In this document: positions 1 through 12,470 of the stretch, piece by piece
Position numbering within the stretch: position 1 is the first letter of the stretch
How the letters are laid out: every line of letters starts with the position of its first letter
Assembly: GCA_964016885.1 (NCBI GenBank)
Contig: CAXHJY010000154.1
Coordinates: forward strand, 112,034-176,033
DNA: 64,000 nt
Reading direction: 5' to 3'
Source of the DNA: Eledone cirrhosa
Lineage: Eukaryota
Notes under the pieces: generated by a model
Database searches by the model: none
The model's input: only the letters and a program-made list of their open reading frames with translations
What the model was told of the DNA's origin: nothing
Position numbers and translations under genes: made by a program

Positions 1-730
1 CCAACTATAACAGTTCTATCAATCCACCACCTTTCCTCCTGAAATAAAAGAAAAATGACCATGCCTTTTGCAATTGTAACCAAAATAATCCATTAAATAA
101 TAATAGCCAATGTGTATTTGTCTGTCATGCACTAGAGATGACTGAGGAAGGAAGGAGTGATGACAAATTACAGAAAGCAGCGTCTAACATTCACACTTAT
201 GTGCGTATATGTATAGTGAATTAGCTACACACATTGGCTGTTATGTTTATGTGAGTGTTTGTGTGTGTGTATATATTGGCTACACACATTGGCTGTTATG
301 TTTATGTGAGTGTTTGTGTGTGTGTATATATGTGCGTTTGTGAAAATTATATTTATATATAATATTTGCGTGAGTGTATATGTGTTTGTGTTTATTTATT
401 TAGAAAGATATATAGACCATAGAATTACAAACATACATGCATCTACACATACATATATATATAAATAGACATACCTAGAAAAAACAATTATTACATACAC
501 ATCTATGTGATGACTGACGAAGGAGGGGGTGGTGAGAAACTATAGAAGTCCAGCATTCTAAGATTCATCACACTTGTATGTTGTAGCGAATTGGCTGCAC
601 ACATTGGCTGTGTGTTTGCATTACTTGTGTGAGTTAGCTCGAAGGAACCAACCAACAAACATCTATTTTTTTATATGATGTATAGATATTACAATTAGCC
701 ATCATTTTTGACAGCACGGGACCAGCTAGT
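1..730. mobile_element. Helitron-like non-autonomous remnants with internal direct repeats
   Basis: 3'-type end ACAGCACGGGACCAGCTAGT at about 711-730; reverse-strand TCTATACATCATATAAAAAAATAGATGTTTGTTGGTTGG 5'-type end near 686; about 55-bp direct repeat at 223-330. Confidence 0.5.
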
Positions 731-1849
731 ATCTTAATAATTACTTTGGTGAGCACATCTTACAGGGTCTTAGTAACTTAAGGTACAAGTTACATAGTAA
801 TATAGTTTCACAGCAATATTAATTACGTTTGATGGTAGTTGTAGTAATTGGTAACTTTTTGCCTTGAGGAACAGGTGTTATAGAAAACAGTATATCTAGA
901 TATAGTATGTCTGAGAGAAGAAAGTATATATATGAAAAGCTTGCTTTCCTTTAACATTCCTGTATTTTATAACATTAATCATATAGAAATAGTAGTCACT
1001 GTAGTGATTCTTTCACTTTCTACATATTCTGAGAATAAGAAAGGGCATAAACTACCACATGCATCTAAACCATCCTTCTATGCTAAATTGATACCTCCCA
1101 CATATTACATGAGGGGGCTCAAGGTTTTCTTGGTCACCAATAGGCATTTCAAAATAAAGTCTATGTGCTATTGAAAATTTGGCACTGTGTCATAGCTGTT
1201 TGCTTCCAGCAAACATAACAGAATTTATCTGGTAGATTTTTGCATTTCCTATTTGCCATATTCTTAAAGGTTAACTCTATAAAACAATTTGAAAAAAAAA
1301 AAAAAAAAAAAAATCTATCATCTTAGATATGTAAAAATATGACTTTAGATATTTAAAAATATGATTTATATATATATATATAAATATGATTTAGATATGT
1401 AATTGAAAGAGCTATTCAGTATAGTTTAAGTATCTCTTAAAAAATAAAATCAGAATTATGTGTAATTCTATAACAGTTGGTGATAGAGAAAACGTAATGA
1501 CATTTTTGGAACCAGTGCCCTAAATTTAGTAACACAGTAAAAAAAATGAATATATAGCATAACAAACATCTATGCTAAATTTCTTACAAAGTGTATGTGT
1601 AACTAAATTACTAATTATATTTCCCTTATTTTTTTCTTCTATTCTTGTCTTTCTTTCTCCTACTTTATTTCATCACTGCCTCTTCCTCTCCTTATTAGCT
1701 CCATCTTTAGTTGGAATGTAACTCTTTATATCATTGAGAACTGCTGATGTTAAATAACTTCAACCCCTTTTTTTACTGTATTTCTAAATCAATTAAATAT
1801 ACTACACATAGGCATGGCTATGTGGATAATCAATCACATTCCCACAACT

Positions 1850-2420
1850 GGTGCAGCCAGTCATTGGGGTGCCTCTCTAGATGCTTTTGTACTTAGCTGT
1901 TGCCACTGGTCTCTATTCTCATACGTAGAAGGGTTTTGATGTTGTCAGACTAGGATTTTCTTTATCTGCCTCTTCTTCATCCTCCCTCGACTATGCCCTG
2001 TAGGATGGTTTTAGAAGGAATTATGACAGGATACATGACTATACCAGGCAAGCTTCCATCTTTTCACCATTGCAAGGGGTGGTTCCTGTCTGCCAGCATA
2101 TTTGTTATCTAGCTGCCTGACAAAGTTGTTTGTTTTGTACTCTCTGTATAGGATGTGTAGCATCCTTCTGAAGCACTTGTGCTTGAATGACTGGATTCTT
2201 TGTTTCATGTTAGCTGTGAGAGTCCAACTCTTACAACCATACAAAAGGATCAAAGTCACCAAGGACTTGTTTAATTTGAGCTTTGTTGGAAAACTGAAGG
2301 AATTGCTTTTCCATATGACATTCAACTTTTCTATGGCAGAAATGACTAGGACAGGTCTTGTCAGTATCTCCTTTTGAGATTTGCCATCTTTGGTCAGAGT
2401 GAATTCTAGGTGGATTTCCT
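1850..2420 (-). mobile_element. Decayed RTE-clade LINE ORF2 C-terminal fragment
   Basis: ORF 2011-2325: KLKLNKSLVTLILLYGCKSWTL...RIQSFKHKCFRRML...LAWYSHVS. Confidence 0.75.
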
Positions 2421-4182
2421 GAGACCCACCAGACTAATTCAGTGGGAAGCCATAGACAGTGCTGTGTGCCATTTACAATCACCTTCACCCTGTAAAATAG
2501 TTGTGTAGGTGACACGACAAAAAGCACCCAGTACTCACTGTAAATGAGGTTAGCATCAGGAAGGGCATCCTGCTGTAGAAACCAAGCCAAAATCACTTCT
2601 GCATGAGCAAGTCATGTTCACCTGACCTAGCATTGCCCACAATAGGACAACTCATCTAACCCATGCTAGCATGAAAAAATGGACGTAAAACAGTGATGAT
2701 GATGACTGTAGCAGCTTCTGTGGATTGGGGAAATTCATATCTTATTTTACTGTCAATTATTTCTAGTTATAGCTTCTAACTGTGCAATGGACTGACATCC
2801 TGACTTGTACTCTCAGTTGCTTAACATCAATAGAACTGGGATGAGTTCTGGCCTGATGAGACTCCAGGCAAAGAGTAAGAAGAGTATTTCTACCTTCATT
2901 ATATATTTCTAGTGAATAAATAAAGGTGTGTCATGACAGGGTGATAGCAAAAAGAAAAGCAAATATAAAAAAAAAAAATAATGTATATTTTAGAATGTAT
3001 ATATTTATCTAAAACTCTTCCATCACACTTTTATACTCTATGCTCCAAACACCAACTTAATAACGAGAAAGTTATATTACTAAATTATAGGCAGTGTCTT
3101 TCATTAGAATAATGATAATGAAAGGGTTAAAAAATTACCCTGAACCATTAATTCTTACTTTCTTGTACCACATGTGACAGCGTTAGTAAGATATCCTTAA
3201 AAAGTATAAAACAGCACAATGATTGCATCACATGAAAAATTAAAGCATTAACCCTAATACTGCAAATTTTCACAATGATCTGTCCATTTGTAAAGATACT
3301 AGAAACATTCGAATTAACAAACCTCTTGTTAGATATTTTTACAGAATGTTAAGATGACTTCTGTTATACATGACCTCTGTTAGTTTTGCAAATTGCATAA
3401 TCCAACACGGGTCTGGAATCAAGGGTGCCAAAAAATCAGTGGTATATTTGTTATATTGATGGGATTGAAAGTGTGTGCATCCTGTAAGTTTGATTGGCTA
3501 ATTTCTCCTTCATATTTTTTTCTGTCTTTCCTGCTTGCTTATCTTCATAGATTAACACTAGATAGTGTTAATCCATGAAGAACAAGGAGGAAAGCTGTGA
3601 AAATAGCAGAGTATAAGCAGCATGAATGATGTGTTTTGTATAAGTTATTATTTAGCTTTAAGTCAACTCTGAATAAGTAGATCTTCAATGAAAGTCATTC
3701 TAGCCATGGCCATCCCATTCTTAAGGTTGTCTTGAACTGCTTTGTTAAATGCATTTTCCTTTTATTTAACCTTTTTGTTACCATATTTCTAATGAAGTAC
3801 ACTGACTATGAATTTTAAATCATTTTGAAAATAATCAAGCATCTGAAAGGATTCAGTAATATAACTTTTTCTTTGTTAAGCTGGTGTTTGGTACGTAACT
3901 TAGAAATGGTTAAACGGAAAAAATGAAACGTAATTTCATTTCTCACTCTTAGTACGGCTGTTACTTAAATATTAGTATGTATACGTACATACATATATGT
4001 ATACAGACGTACAGTAGTATGTATATATATATATATACATACATCCACACATATATATATGTATGTATGGATTCACCGAACATTTATTATAATGCTCGGT
4101 GTGTTTGTAAACAAACATCCCGAATTAAGCCGTACAGTGTCTCGCAACCATCGTTGCTCATTTGTTCAACTCTGACAAAGGA

Positions 4183-4225
4183 ACGCTGTACTAGTTTCAA
4201 GCTTATTAGCTATCGTCAGCAACGT
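4183..4225 (-). ncRNA. Minimal type I hammerhead ribozyme, copy 1
   Basis: Minus strand ACGTTG-CTGACGA-T-AGCT-aata-AGCT-T-GAAA-CTAG-TA^CAGCGT: intact core, 6-bp stem I (one G-U), 4-bp stem II, palindromic ACTAGT stem III, GUA cleavage triplet. Confidence 0.85.
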
Positions 4226-4611
4226 ATACCTTCCTGCCAGATGATTGAACGTCTGAAAGTATATACTTTCCTTATGCATATTAACAGCTGAGCAGCCTAA
4301 TTTGCATATCGAGTGAGTTAATCGGCTGGGGTACCGAAAACGATAAACGGAAAAAATGAAACAAAATTTCATTTCTCACTCTTAGTACGGTTGTTACTTA
4401 AATATAAGTATGTATACGTACATACATATATGTATACAGACGTACAGTAGTATGTATATATATATACATACATGCACACATATATATATGTACGTATGGA
4501 TTCACCAAACATTTATTATAATGCTCGGTGTGTTTGTAAACAAACATCCCGAATTAAGCCGTACAGTGTCTAGCAACCATCGTTGCTCATTTGTTCAACC
4601 CTGACAAAGGA

Positions 4612-4654
4612 ACGCTGTACTAGTTTCAAGCTTATTAGCTATCGTCAGCAACGT
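4612..4654 (-). ncRNA. Minimal type I hammerhead ribozyme, copy 2 (identical to copy 1)
   Basis: Same sequence as 4183-4225; predicted cleavage between 4618 and 4617. Confidence 0.85.
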
Positions 4655-5161
4655 ATACCTTATACTTAAAAATGGTTGTTACATAGAATTATGAGGGAAG
4701 GTTTTTACATAAATATAAACAATTTAAAAAAAAAAAACACTTTAGTATCATAAAACCTGGTTTAGGCTATCAAAAGGGTTATGACAGTAGGTTATGATTT
4801 GAGGGGCATTTCACTGCTATTTTTGGCAAGTGGAGTAACCATGTAAAGGCTTCCTTGTTGAGTTGTGTGCACGTGAGTTTGGCATGTGTTGTGTAGAACA
4901 CGAGGTTGCAGATGCTTTTTTTTTTTTTTGTGGATTTTCATAATTCTGATACTAGGATATAGATATACTCTGAGCAGGGGGTAGAGATTTAATGTAATTG
5001 ATGTAGTTAAGTGCATGGAAGATGGGGAAATTATAATGTTTCATCTATTAATAGGCAACATGAATGTGAGGTTCAGGAATAATGGCAATAAACTGCTGCA
5101 ATGTATTCAATATTTTATTGTCTGTTTGGCAGAAATGCTGTATAAAGTGTGCATGATATGA

Positions 5162-5193
<32 letters not shown>

Positions 5194-5414
5194 GATAGAG
5201 AGGAGGAGAGAGAGAATGTTAATTATTGGGTAATAATTTCAACATAAACTGGCTTCATATAACTTACACTTAAATAGTGGCCACACACAAACAAGATCAA
5301 TAGATACGAAGACAAAATATTTGTGTGATCCCCTATGACAATTACATTAGTGGTAGAATTGTGCTTAGGAATTTTTACTGGATTACAAGGAAAAATCAGT
5401 TCAGAATGTTGGCA

Positions 5415-5600
5415 TTATTTCTACTTTTGACACAAGGCCAGCAATTACCTCAGTGCATTACTGGTACTTTATTTTATCGACCCCGCAAGGATGAAAGGTA
5501 AAGTTAACCTCGGCGGGATTTGAACTCAGAATGGCAAGGGCCGTAACTCTATGCGTCAAAGCATGGTGCCCGACCCTCTACCATTACTTCCAATCCACCG
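5415..5600 (-). mobile_element. tRNA-derived SINE with Meta/MESC-like central domain
   Basis: Reverse complement of GTTCAAATCCCGCCGAGGTTAACTTTACCTTTCATCCTTGCGGGGTCGATAAAATAAAAGTACCAG; flanked by GCATTATT repeats. Confidence 0.75.
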
Positions 5601-6289
5601 CATTATTAGTAATAATGATCACAAATGACTGACAGCATCAAATAATTTTCAATTAATTTTGAAAATAATGAAGAATTTAGAGGTATTTAGTAATATAATA
5701 AACTTTCTCTAACAGGTTTTTACATAAAGTTATGATGGAAGGGTTTTATATATCTATAAACATTTTAAAACAGCTTTGAATTCTAGAATGAAGGGCAGTT
5801 TCAGGCAGTTTGGAATCAAAAGGGTTAAGTCTCTCTTCTTAGTGACAGCCATATGTTTTTCATAGAGAGAGATCTACCAGTTACTTTATCCCTGTCACAC
5901 ATTAGTGGCCTCTTTTCTCCCTTGGATTGGAAGTTTTATGTCATCAAATCCAAGAGATAGCTGGATGCTTGCAGCCTATATTGACAGGGATCTTCAACCA
6001 ATATTCCATTAATTCTATTGTTCTCCAATATTTGGTTATACCTCCCACATTCTTCCTTCCATACTTTCTCCTTCTTTTTAGAGGGTCGTATCAGAAGCAG
6101 CCAGCTTCAAATGGTCCACCTGGATCATTGAAACCAACTGAACATGATTGTTATCCAACCATTGCCCTGGAAATCTGACCTGTGATTCTTTCCTTAGATA
6201 TGCTTATTTTCAAATTTAATTGAAGTACATAGGCAGTGTATTCCATTAGAAATACGGTGAAAATGGGGTTAATGGTCTACTTACTGATA

Positions 6290-6660
6290 CTTCTAATCAT
6301 ACATTTCTATTCAGATGATACCACCCTTCACCCTCCTTAAACATCCAATCTAAACATCTCTTATCAAACTTGCACTGTTTCTATGAATAGTAACCTTGAA
6401 AAGATTCTTCAATGGAAGCACAATAACTTCTGCAACAACACTCAGACACAACTGCTATATACATTTGAAGAAACAATCTTGCACTACATTCTTTCTATAC
6501 AGAAACAACATTGTTTTACTGCTCATGCATCTGGAAAGCTTCTATTGTTGCAAGACACACAAACAACCTAGACCAAGGGTTCCCCACATTTGTCATCCTG
6601 CTTACACTCATAAAAACCTTTTGAAAGTAAATTCACCCCCAACTATGTTTTGTTCAGTAA
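6290..6660 (+). mobile_element. Highly decayed CR1/L2-like LINE RT fragment
   Basis: YSDDTTL-like motif (TATTCAGATGATACCACCCTT) followed by SMNSNLEKILQW. Confidence 0.5.
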
Positions 6661-6740
6661 TTTGAATTTTTATGCAACAAACAACAAAGTAGAAAATTTT
6701 TAAATACTATTTTTAGACATCATTATTTTAGGCTTATAAG

Positions 6741-6922
6741 GTGGATTGCCAGTATCGGTAGAGGGTCGGACGTCATGCTTTGACGCATAGAGTTACAGCC
6801 CTTTCCATTCTGAGTTCAAATCTCGCCGAGGTCAACTTTGCCTTTCATCCTTACGGGGTCGATAAAATAAAGTACCAGTAATGTACTGGGTAATTGCTGG
6901 CCTTGTGCCAAAAGTAGAAATA
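6741..6922 (+). mobile_element. Meta/MESC-like SINE with 19-bp TSD
   Basis: B-box GAGTTCAAATC, GCCTTTCATCCTTACGGGGTCGATAAAATAAAGTACCAG core; TSD ATTATTTTAGGCTTATAAG at 6722-6740 and 6923-6941. Confidence 0.85.
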
Positions 6923-7701
6923 ATTATTTTAGGCTTATAAGAGAATAGTTTGGCAGAATAATTAGAGTGTTGAGCAAAAGACTTTGCAGCATTTAGTTAT
7001 GGCTCTTTAGATTCTGTGTTCAAATGACATCGAGGTCAACTTTGCTTCTCATCCTTTCACGGTCAATAAAATAAGGTACTAGTCAAGTAGTGGAGTCAAT
7101 ATAATTAACTTTCCCCTTAAATTGCTAGTTTTCTTCTGTTAAAATGAAAAACTATTATTTTAGGTTATTTTAGTGGTACAAAACAATGTTGCATCACTCA
7201 CTTATGAATAACTAATGATAAACATACCTGTACTGGAACCACAGTCAATATAAAACAATTAATGAGACTCACACACATCATTAAGTCCAAAATAGTAGAA
7301 AGAAAACTAATTAGTATTTTAATAAGCAAAATATGCCTACTTAAAATTTCTTCTCAACTTTAGAGTGTTTTAATTATAATTAGAAAAATATACACTTCCA
7401 GAATCAGCAAGTTTATCCTCTGGGGTTAAATTTACTTTGTTTTGATACCTTGGGTAAGACCAAAACAAAACAAAGACCATTTAGCTCTTGTCTCTACTTC
7501 TACTACTATTAGAGTGGCTTTTACTCCTCTAAACTATCAAGTTGCAAACCCACTCCACCCAAGCCTGCATGTTACACCCTTTTTGTCTAATGTCATCTCT
7601 ACTGAGCTTTAGCCTAGATTCCACACTAAACATATTGCCTTAAAAAGGATCCCATGATGAATATGGAGTCTATCATGGGGCCTGTAAAGCTAACTTCTGC
7701 T

Positions 7702-7930
7702 TTAACCCTTTAGCATTCAAACCTGCCATATCCAACCAGAATTCTCTCACCTTTTTCTGTTCAAACTGGTCATAACTGGCCACTCATACTGATGTTATGG
7801 TATTCTTCTCAAAATAAATAATATCAAAATCTCATAGATTCGATATTATGTGAGATAATTATGTAAGATAAAACCTTTACTGGGAAAATATGATAGTAGA
7901 TATAGAATAATGTAAATGCTAAAGAGTTAA
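7702..7930. mobile_element. piggyBac-like MITE
   Basis: TTAA-CCCTTTAGCATT ... AATGCTAAAGAG-TTAA termini; related copy in the opposite orientation at about 20123-20350. Confidence 0.7.
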
Positions 7931-10715
7931 CAGGTAAAACACCTTAAAACACTTGTCATTGTGTTGACTGTTGCTGAAGTTGACTCAAAAAAACAGAAGC
8001 CGGAACATGTTTTCCTTGCATTCATTGGCCTATAACTGTTCAAACTAAATATTAACTGCAGTAATACCACTAGTCTGAGTAGGTCTCTTCTTCTTTAACT
8101 AACTAATGTACCAAGTTTGCAGAAAGTTTGTAGGTGGGAATTCAGATTTGCTTAATTGGTCCAAACGCAGGAATTGCAATGTAATGTCTAGAGTGGCAAA
8201 GCACCTGATGAACTATAGTAGCTATTAGTCTGAGCTTGCATAAACTGAAGGTCAAAGATAACACAAGTTCTACGCTGTAAGTACTGGAGGTGTGGTTAGT
8301 GATAACATAGCTAGAGGATGTGCAACAAACGATAACATAGTAGCTAGAGGAAGTGTTGCTAGAGGAAGTGGGGCTAGTGTTAACACAGTAGTAAGAATAA
8401 CATAGTTGTAAGGAGATGGAATTTGAATGTATGGTGCATGTTGGTGTGTAAAATACTGAATTGGTGAATGCCAAAAGATTGAGCTTCCCAGATGAAAAGA
8501 GACATGATGGGGGAAATAAAAAGAAAGGTGTTGATCATCAGATCTGACCAAAGAACCAATGTTTCCATTAATATTTTCATTGCTGATACTACTACTGGTC
8601 ACGACTCCTAGCAGACAGAGCAATGTGAATTAAAGTATTTTGCCCAAGAACACAATGTGCCATCTAGTCCAGGTATCGAACCTGCAACCAATTGAACTTA
8701 AGTCTAACATCCTAACCATTAGGCCATATGTCTTCACCTAGTGGTCAGGGTGTTGAACTCATGGTCATAAGGTCATAAGGTTACATTGCTAGACTACCTG
8801 GGCTGTTGTGTTCTTGAACAAAATACTTTTATTTCATGTTGCTCCTGATAGAAAGAGCTGCAACTAGTAAGAGAGGCAGTAGTATCCGCAATGGAAAGTC
8901 CAATGAAAACATTATTTCCTTGTTGATCAGCTTCTTTCCTTTTTTCCATTATTGGAAGATAAGGGGATGAAATGGAAATGACAGTGACAATGAGATATTT
9001 CTATTTCTTTCAGTATTTTTTCTTTTACTTTGTGTCTAGACATTTTTTTAACCATTATAACTGAAATCACTACAATTTTGAGAACTATGTCACTTGATAT
9101 GTAGGAAGGGAGGAGTAAAGAATTCATTTCTTTCTATTTAGTTCACAATAGGTGTATGGGATCTCTGGCAGATTGGCAAAGAACCAGAATCTCATATGTA
9201 CTATCATTATCATCACCATCATCATTTAATGTCAGTTTTCCTTGCTAGCTAGGGTTGAACAAAGTCGGTACTTAATCAGAGATACTGACCTCTTGGACAC
9301 AGTTTACCGTGACACCTGCACTAGGGTGGTCATCTTGTCTTTGACACAATTGAAGAGTCCTCTGTACCATTTGTTTGGCAAGTTGTCTACAACTGGATGC
9401 CATTCTTATCACCAATCACTTTACAGAGTGTACTTACTGCATTTTATCATATCACCAACACTAGAGAGTTTTATCATGCCCTCTCAACATTTCAAACCAT
9501 GTTAGTAAAGCATACTTGAAAAGTACAAGATAGCACTATGGCTACATTACATTAAAAATTGAAGTTTTTACTTTAATGTTGCAAATGTTCACAATGATCT
9601 GTCCACTAGCAGAGATACTACAAATATTAGAATTAACAAACCCATTAGATATTTTCTGCTAAATCATTATAGGATGCTAAGAGTTAAACAGGGGGACATG
9701 GTAAGATGAACATGATCTCTTATCTTAAACAATATAGACTAGATGAGTATTAGGGACATTAGGTGATATATGTAGGAGGAAGAGAATCAACTGTATTGGT
9801 ATGGAAACCCAATGTGATTGATTCCAGATTAAGATGGATTGCTCTATTTTTGAGTTCTATACTCCACTCCTTTCATTTGTTTACACATTTATCTAAGTTT
9901 TGTATTCATAACAACACAATGTATTTACAATTGATATTTTCATTCTTATGCTAATTCCACTCTCACCTGTCAACTCACACCGCCACCACAACTACAATAA
10001 CCCCCCCCCCCCCCCCCCATCGTTATCATCACTGCATTGCCCCGTACCAAACCATGTCATTTTTGGTTATATCAGTTTTAGAGAAACTTGAAATAAACCA
10101 AATTATAAGGTAGGATAAAATAATGTGGTTTTAATCAACATACCTCTTTAACCCTTTCATGACCAAATCTCTAATGAAATACACTTTGTTTCAATTAATT
10201 AATGAAGAATTTTGAGATATTTACTCAACTTATTAAATATTTCATTACTTAGATAGTAACTTTACATATGGTTTCTATCTAAAGGTATGTTGGAAGATTT
10301 TAATTTAAATAGGAATTATTTAAAACGGATAACTTTGTTTCATAGAACCAGAGCCAGTTAAATTACTAAGTGAGAAAAAAAAAAGAAAAGAAAGGAAAAA
10401 ACGAAATAAACAAGAGAAGCTGCCAAAATTTAAGTAAACATTATTTCCTGTTAAACTATCATTTTAGCTATTGGAATTTTGTGTCAAATATTTGCTCTCC
10501 ATCTCATACAGTATATTTTAACAAAAATTACAAATATAAACTTTTTCATTTGAATGAACGGATTGGAGTCCTTCAGGGTAACATTTTTGCAATTCTGCTT
10601 GCTGTGTCTAGTGATAACATCCACCTGCAGTTTTGTACTTCAGTAAGACAGACAGGCCAAATGAAAGAACATGACAACCTTTCATTGGTTGATTTATTCT
10701 GTTACCATAAGTCAC

Positions 10716-10755
<40 letters not shown>

Positions 10756-10974
10756 TATAATCATCATCATCATTTAACGTCTATCTTCCACGTGCTAGCA
10801 TGGGTTAGACAGGAGTTGTCCCAATTTGATGCAAGATTGGTCGGGTGACCGTGTCTCGCTTGTATAGGACTATCTGGCAGGTTTTCTATGGCTGGATGCC
10901 TTTCCTATCACCAACCACATTTACAGTGTGGACTGGGAACATTTTACAGTGTTACCTACACGGCCATATTACAG

Positions 10975-11895
10975 CGTGGACTTACACACTTACACCTCAC
11001 CAAGACAATGTCACTGGACCGAGACCTTTGGCGGTACTCAGTAATAGAGAAGACCCGCCTTGCCAGTAGGCATCTCTAACAAAATACACCACGTCCCACC
11101 ACCACAACCCCCACCCCATCCACACCACCCCGTTCTATGTAAAGTTATGTTGGTGCCGCGCCATCCAGGCCGAAACAAATGAGATCGTGTAGGTGTCACG
11201 ACAAAAAAAACACAGTCCACGCTGTAATGTGGCCGTGTAGGCAACACGGTAAAAACCTCCCAGACTCACACTGTAAATGTGGTTGGTGTTAGGAAGGGCA
11301 TCCAACTGTAGAAAACCTGCCAGACAGTCCTATGCGAGCAAGAAAATCACTCTTGCCTCAAGTGGGACTACCCCCGTCCAAACCCATGCAAACGTGGAAC
11401 ACGGACGTTAAACGTTGATGATGATGATGATGATGATGACTGTGTTTTTTTTGTCGTGACACCTACACAATCTCGATCTCATCTCATTAATTTGGACTGG
11501 ATGTTGTGGTACCAACTCTACAGAGAAGGGGTGGTGTTGGTGGGAGTGGGAGGATGGAATAGGGGTAGTGGGTTGGGGTGTATATTTGGTTAAGAGGTGC
11601 CTACTGACTGTAGGTTTCGCTTTGTACATAGGCAAGACGGGTCTTCTGTATTACTGCGTGGCGCCAAAGATCTCAGTCCATTGACATTGTCTTAGAGAGG
11701 TGTAAGTGTGTGAGGTCGGAATTTATCAAATCGTCCCAAGTTTTTCTGGGTCTACCTACTCCGTAACTTCCATCAATTTTGATCATCCTGCATTTTTTTA
11801 TACAACTGTCGTCTTTCATGCGTATCACGTGACCATACCAACGTAGTCTTCTCTCAAGTAAACAGCATCTGATCCCTCTTATTCCTAATTTCTCA
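10975..11895. mobile_element. Two RTE LINE 3' ends (subfamily B) arranged tail-to-tail around a (GAT)n tract
   Basis: + copy LTHLHLTKTMSLDRDLWR then 3' UTR and (GAT)n at 11416-11439; - copy ORF 11673-11895 KLGIRGIRCCLLERRLRWYGHV...GRPRKTW. Confidence 0.85.
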
Positions 11896-11899
11896 TGTA

Positions 11900-11968
<69 letters not shown>

Positions 11969-12374
11969 TCATCAACATCACCGTTTTATGTCGTTCTTCC
12001 ATGGGTTAGACGGGGAACTGATTCTGGCTTGATTTCTGCAGCTGGATGCCCATCCTAACACCAACCTCATTTACAGTGAATGCTGGGTGCTTTTTTTCCG
12101 TGGCGCCTACACGTCCACTTTACAGTGTGCGATGGGAGCTTTTTTTTTGCCGTGGCACCTCCACGACCACTTTGCAGTCCTATCATCTCATTTCTACAGC
12201 TGAGTAAACTGGAGCAATGGGAAATAAAGTGTCTTGCTCAAGGAAACAACACACCACCCAGTCCGTATATATATATAATGTTAAGTAATTCCGTAGAAAA
12301 GGTAAAGGAAAGAAGAGTGCTCTATGTATAGTACAGAGCTATTTAATTACATAATAAACAGCACAATATAATTA

Positions 12375-12443
12375 TTCAACTACCAAAGGTTTCAAGAAAC
12401 TAGACATTCCTTACAGAAATGTCTAGCCCGTTCATCAGATGAA
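12375..12443 (-). ncRNA. Type I hammerhead ribozyme in an ~180-bp module flanked by (TA)n
   Basis: Minus strand TTCAT-CTGATGA-ACGGG-CTAGACATT-tctgtaagg-AATGTCTAG-TTTCTT-GAAA-CC-ttt-GG-TA^GTTGAA; intact core, long stem II, 3-bp stem III, bulged stem I. Confidence 0.7.
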
Positions 12444-12470
12444 ATATTTATATATATATATATATATATA

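Larger units (their letters stand above)
3912..4663 (-). mobile_element. Partial-tandem (about 1.75 units of 429-433 bp) non-autonomous HHR retroelement (retrozyme / Penelope pLTR-like) with 14-bp TSD
   Basis: Direct repeats 3911-4232 and 4344-4661; TSD ACTTAGAAATGGTT (3898-3911) / ACTTAAAAATGGTT (4664-4677); inserted in a piggyBac-like MITE; one HHR per unit. Confidence 0.8.

Noticed and set aside
140-190. CTGAGGA...GAAAGCAGCGTC hammerhead-like words
   Set aside because: No stem II or stem I pairing; lies in a purine-rich part of a Helitron-like repeat.
4300-4307. Octamer motif ATTTGCAT in the unique part of the retrozyme-like unit
   Set aside because: A single 8-mer in AT-rich DNA is expected by chance; no supporting promoter elements were recognised.
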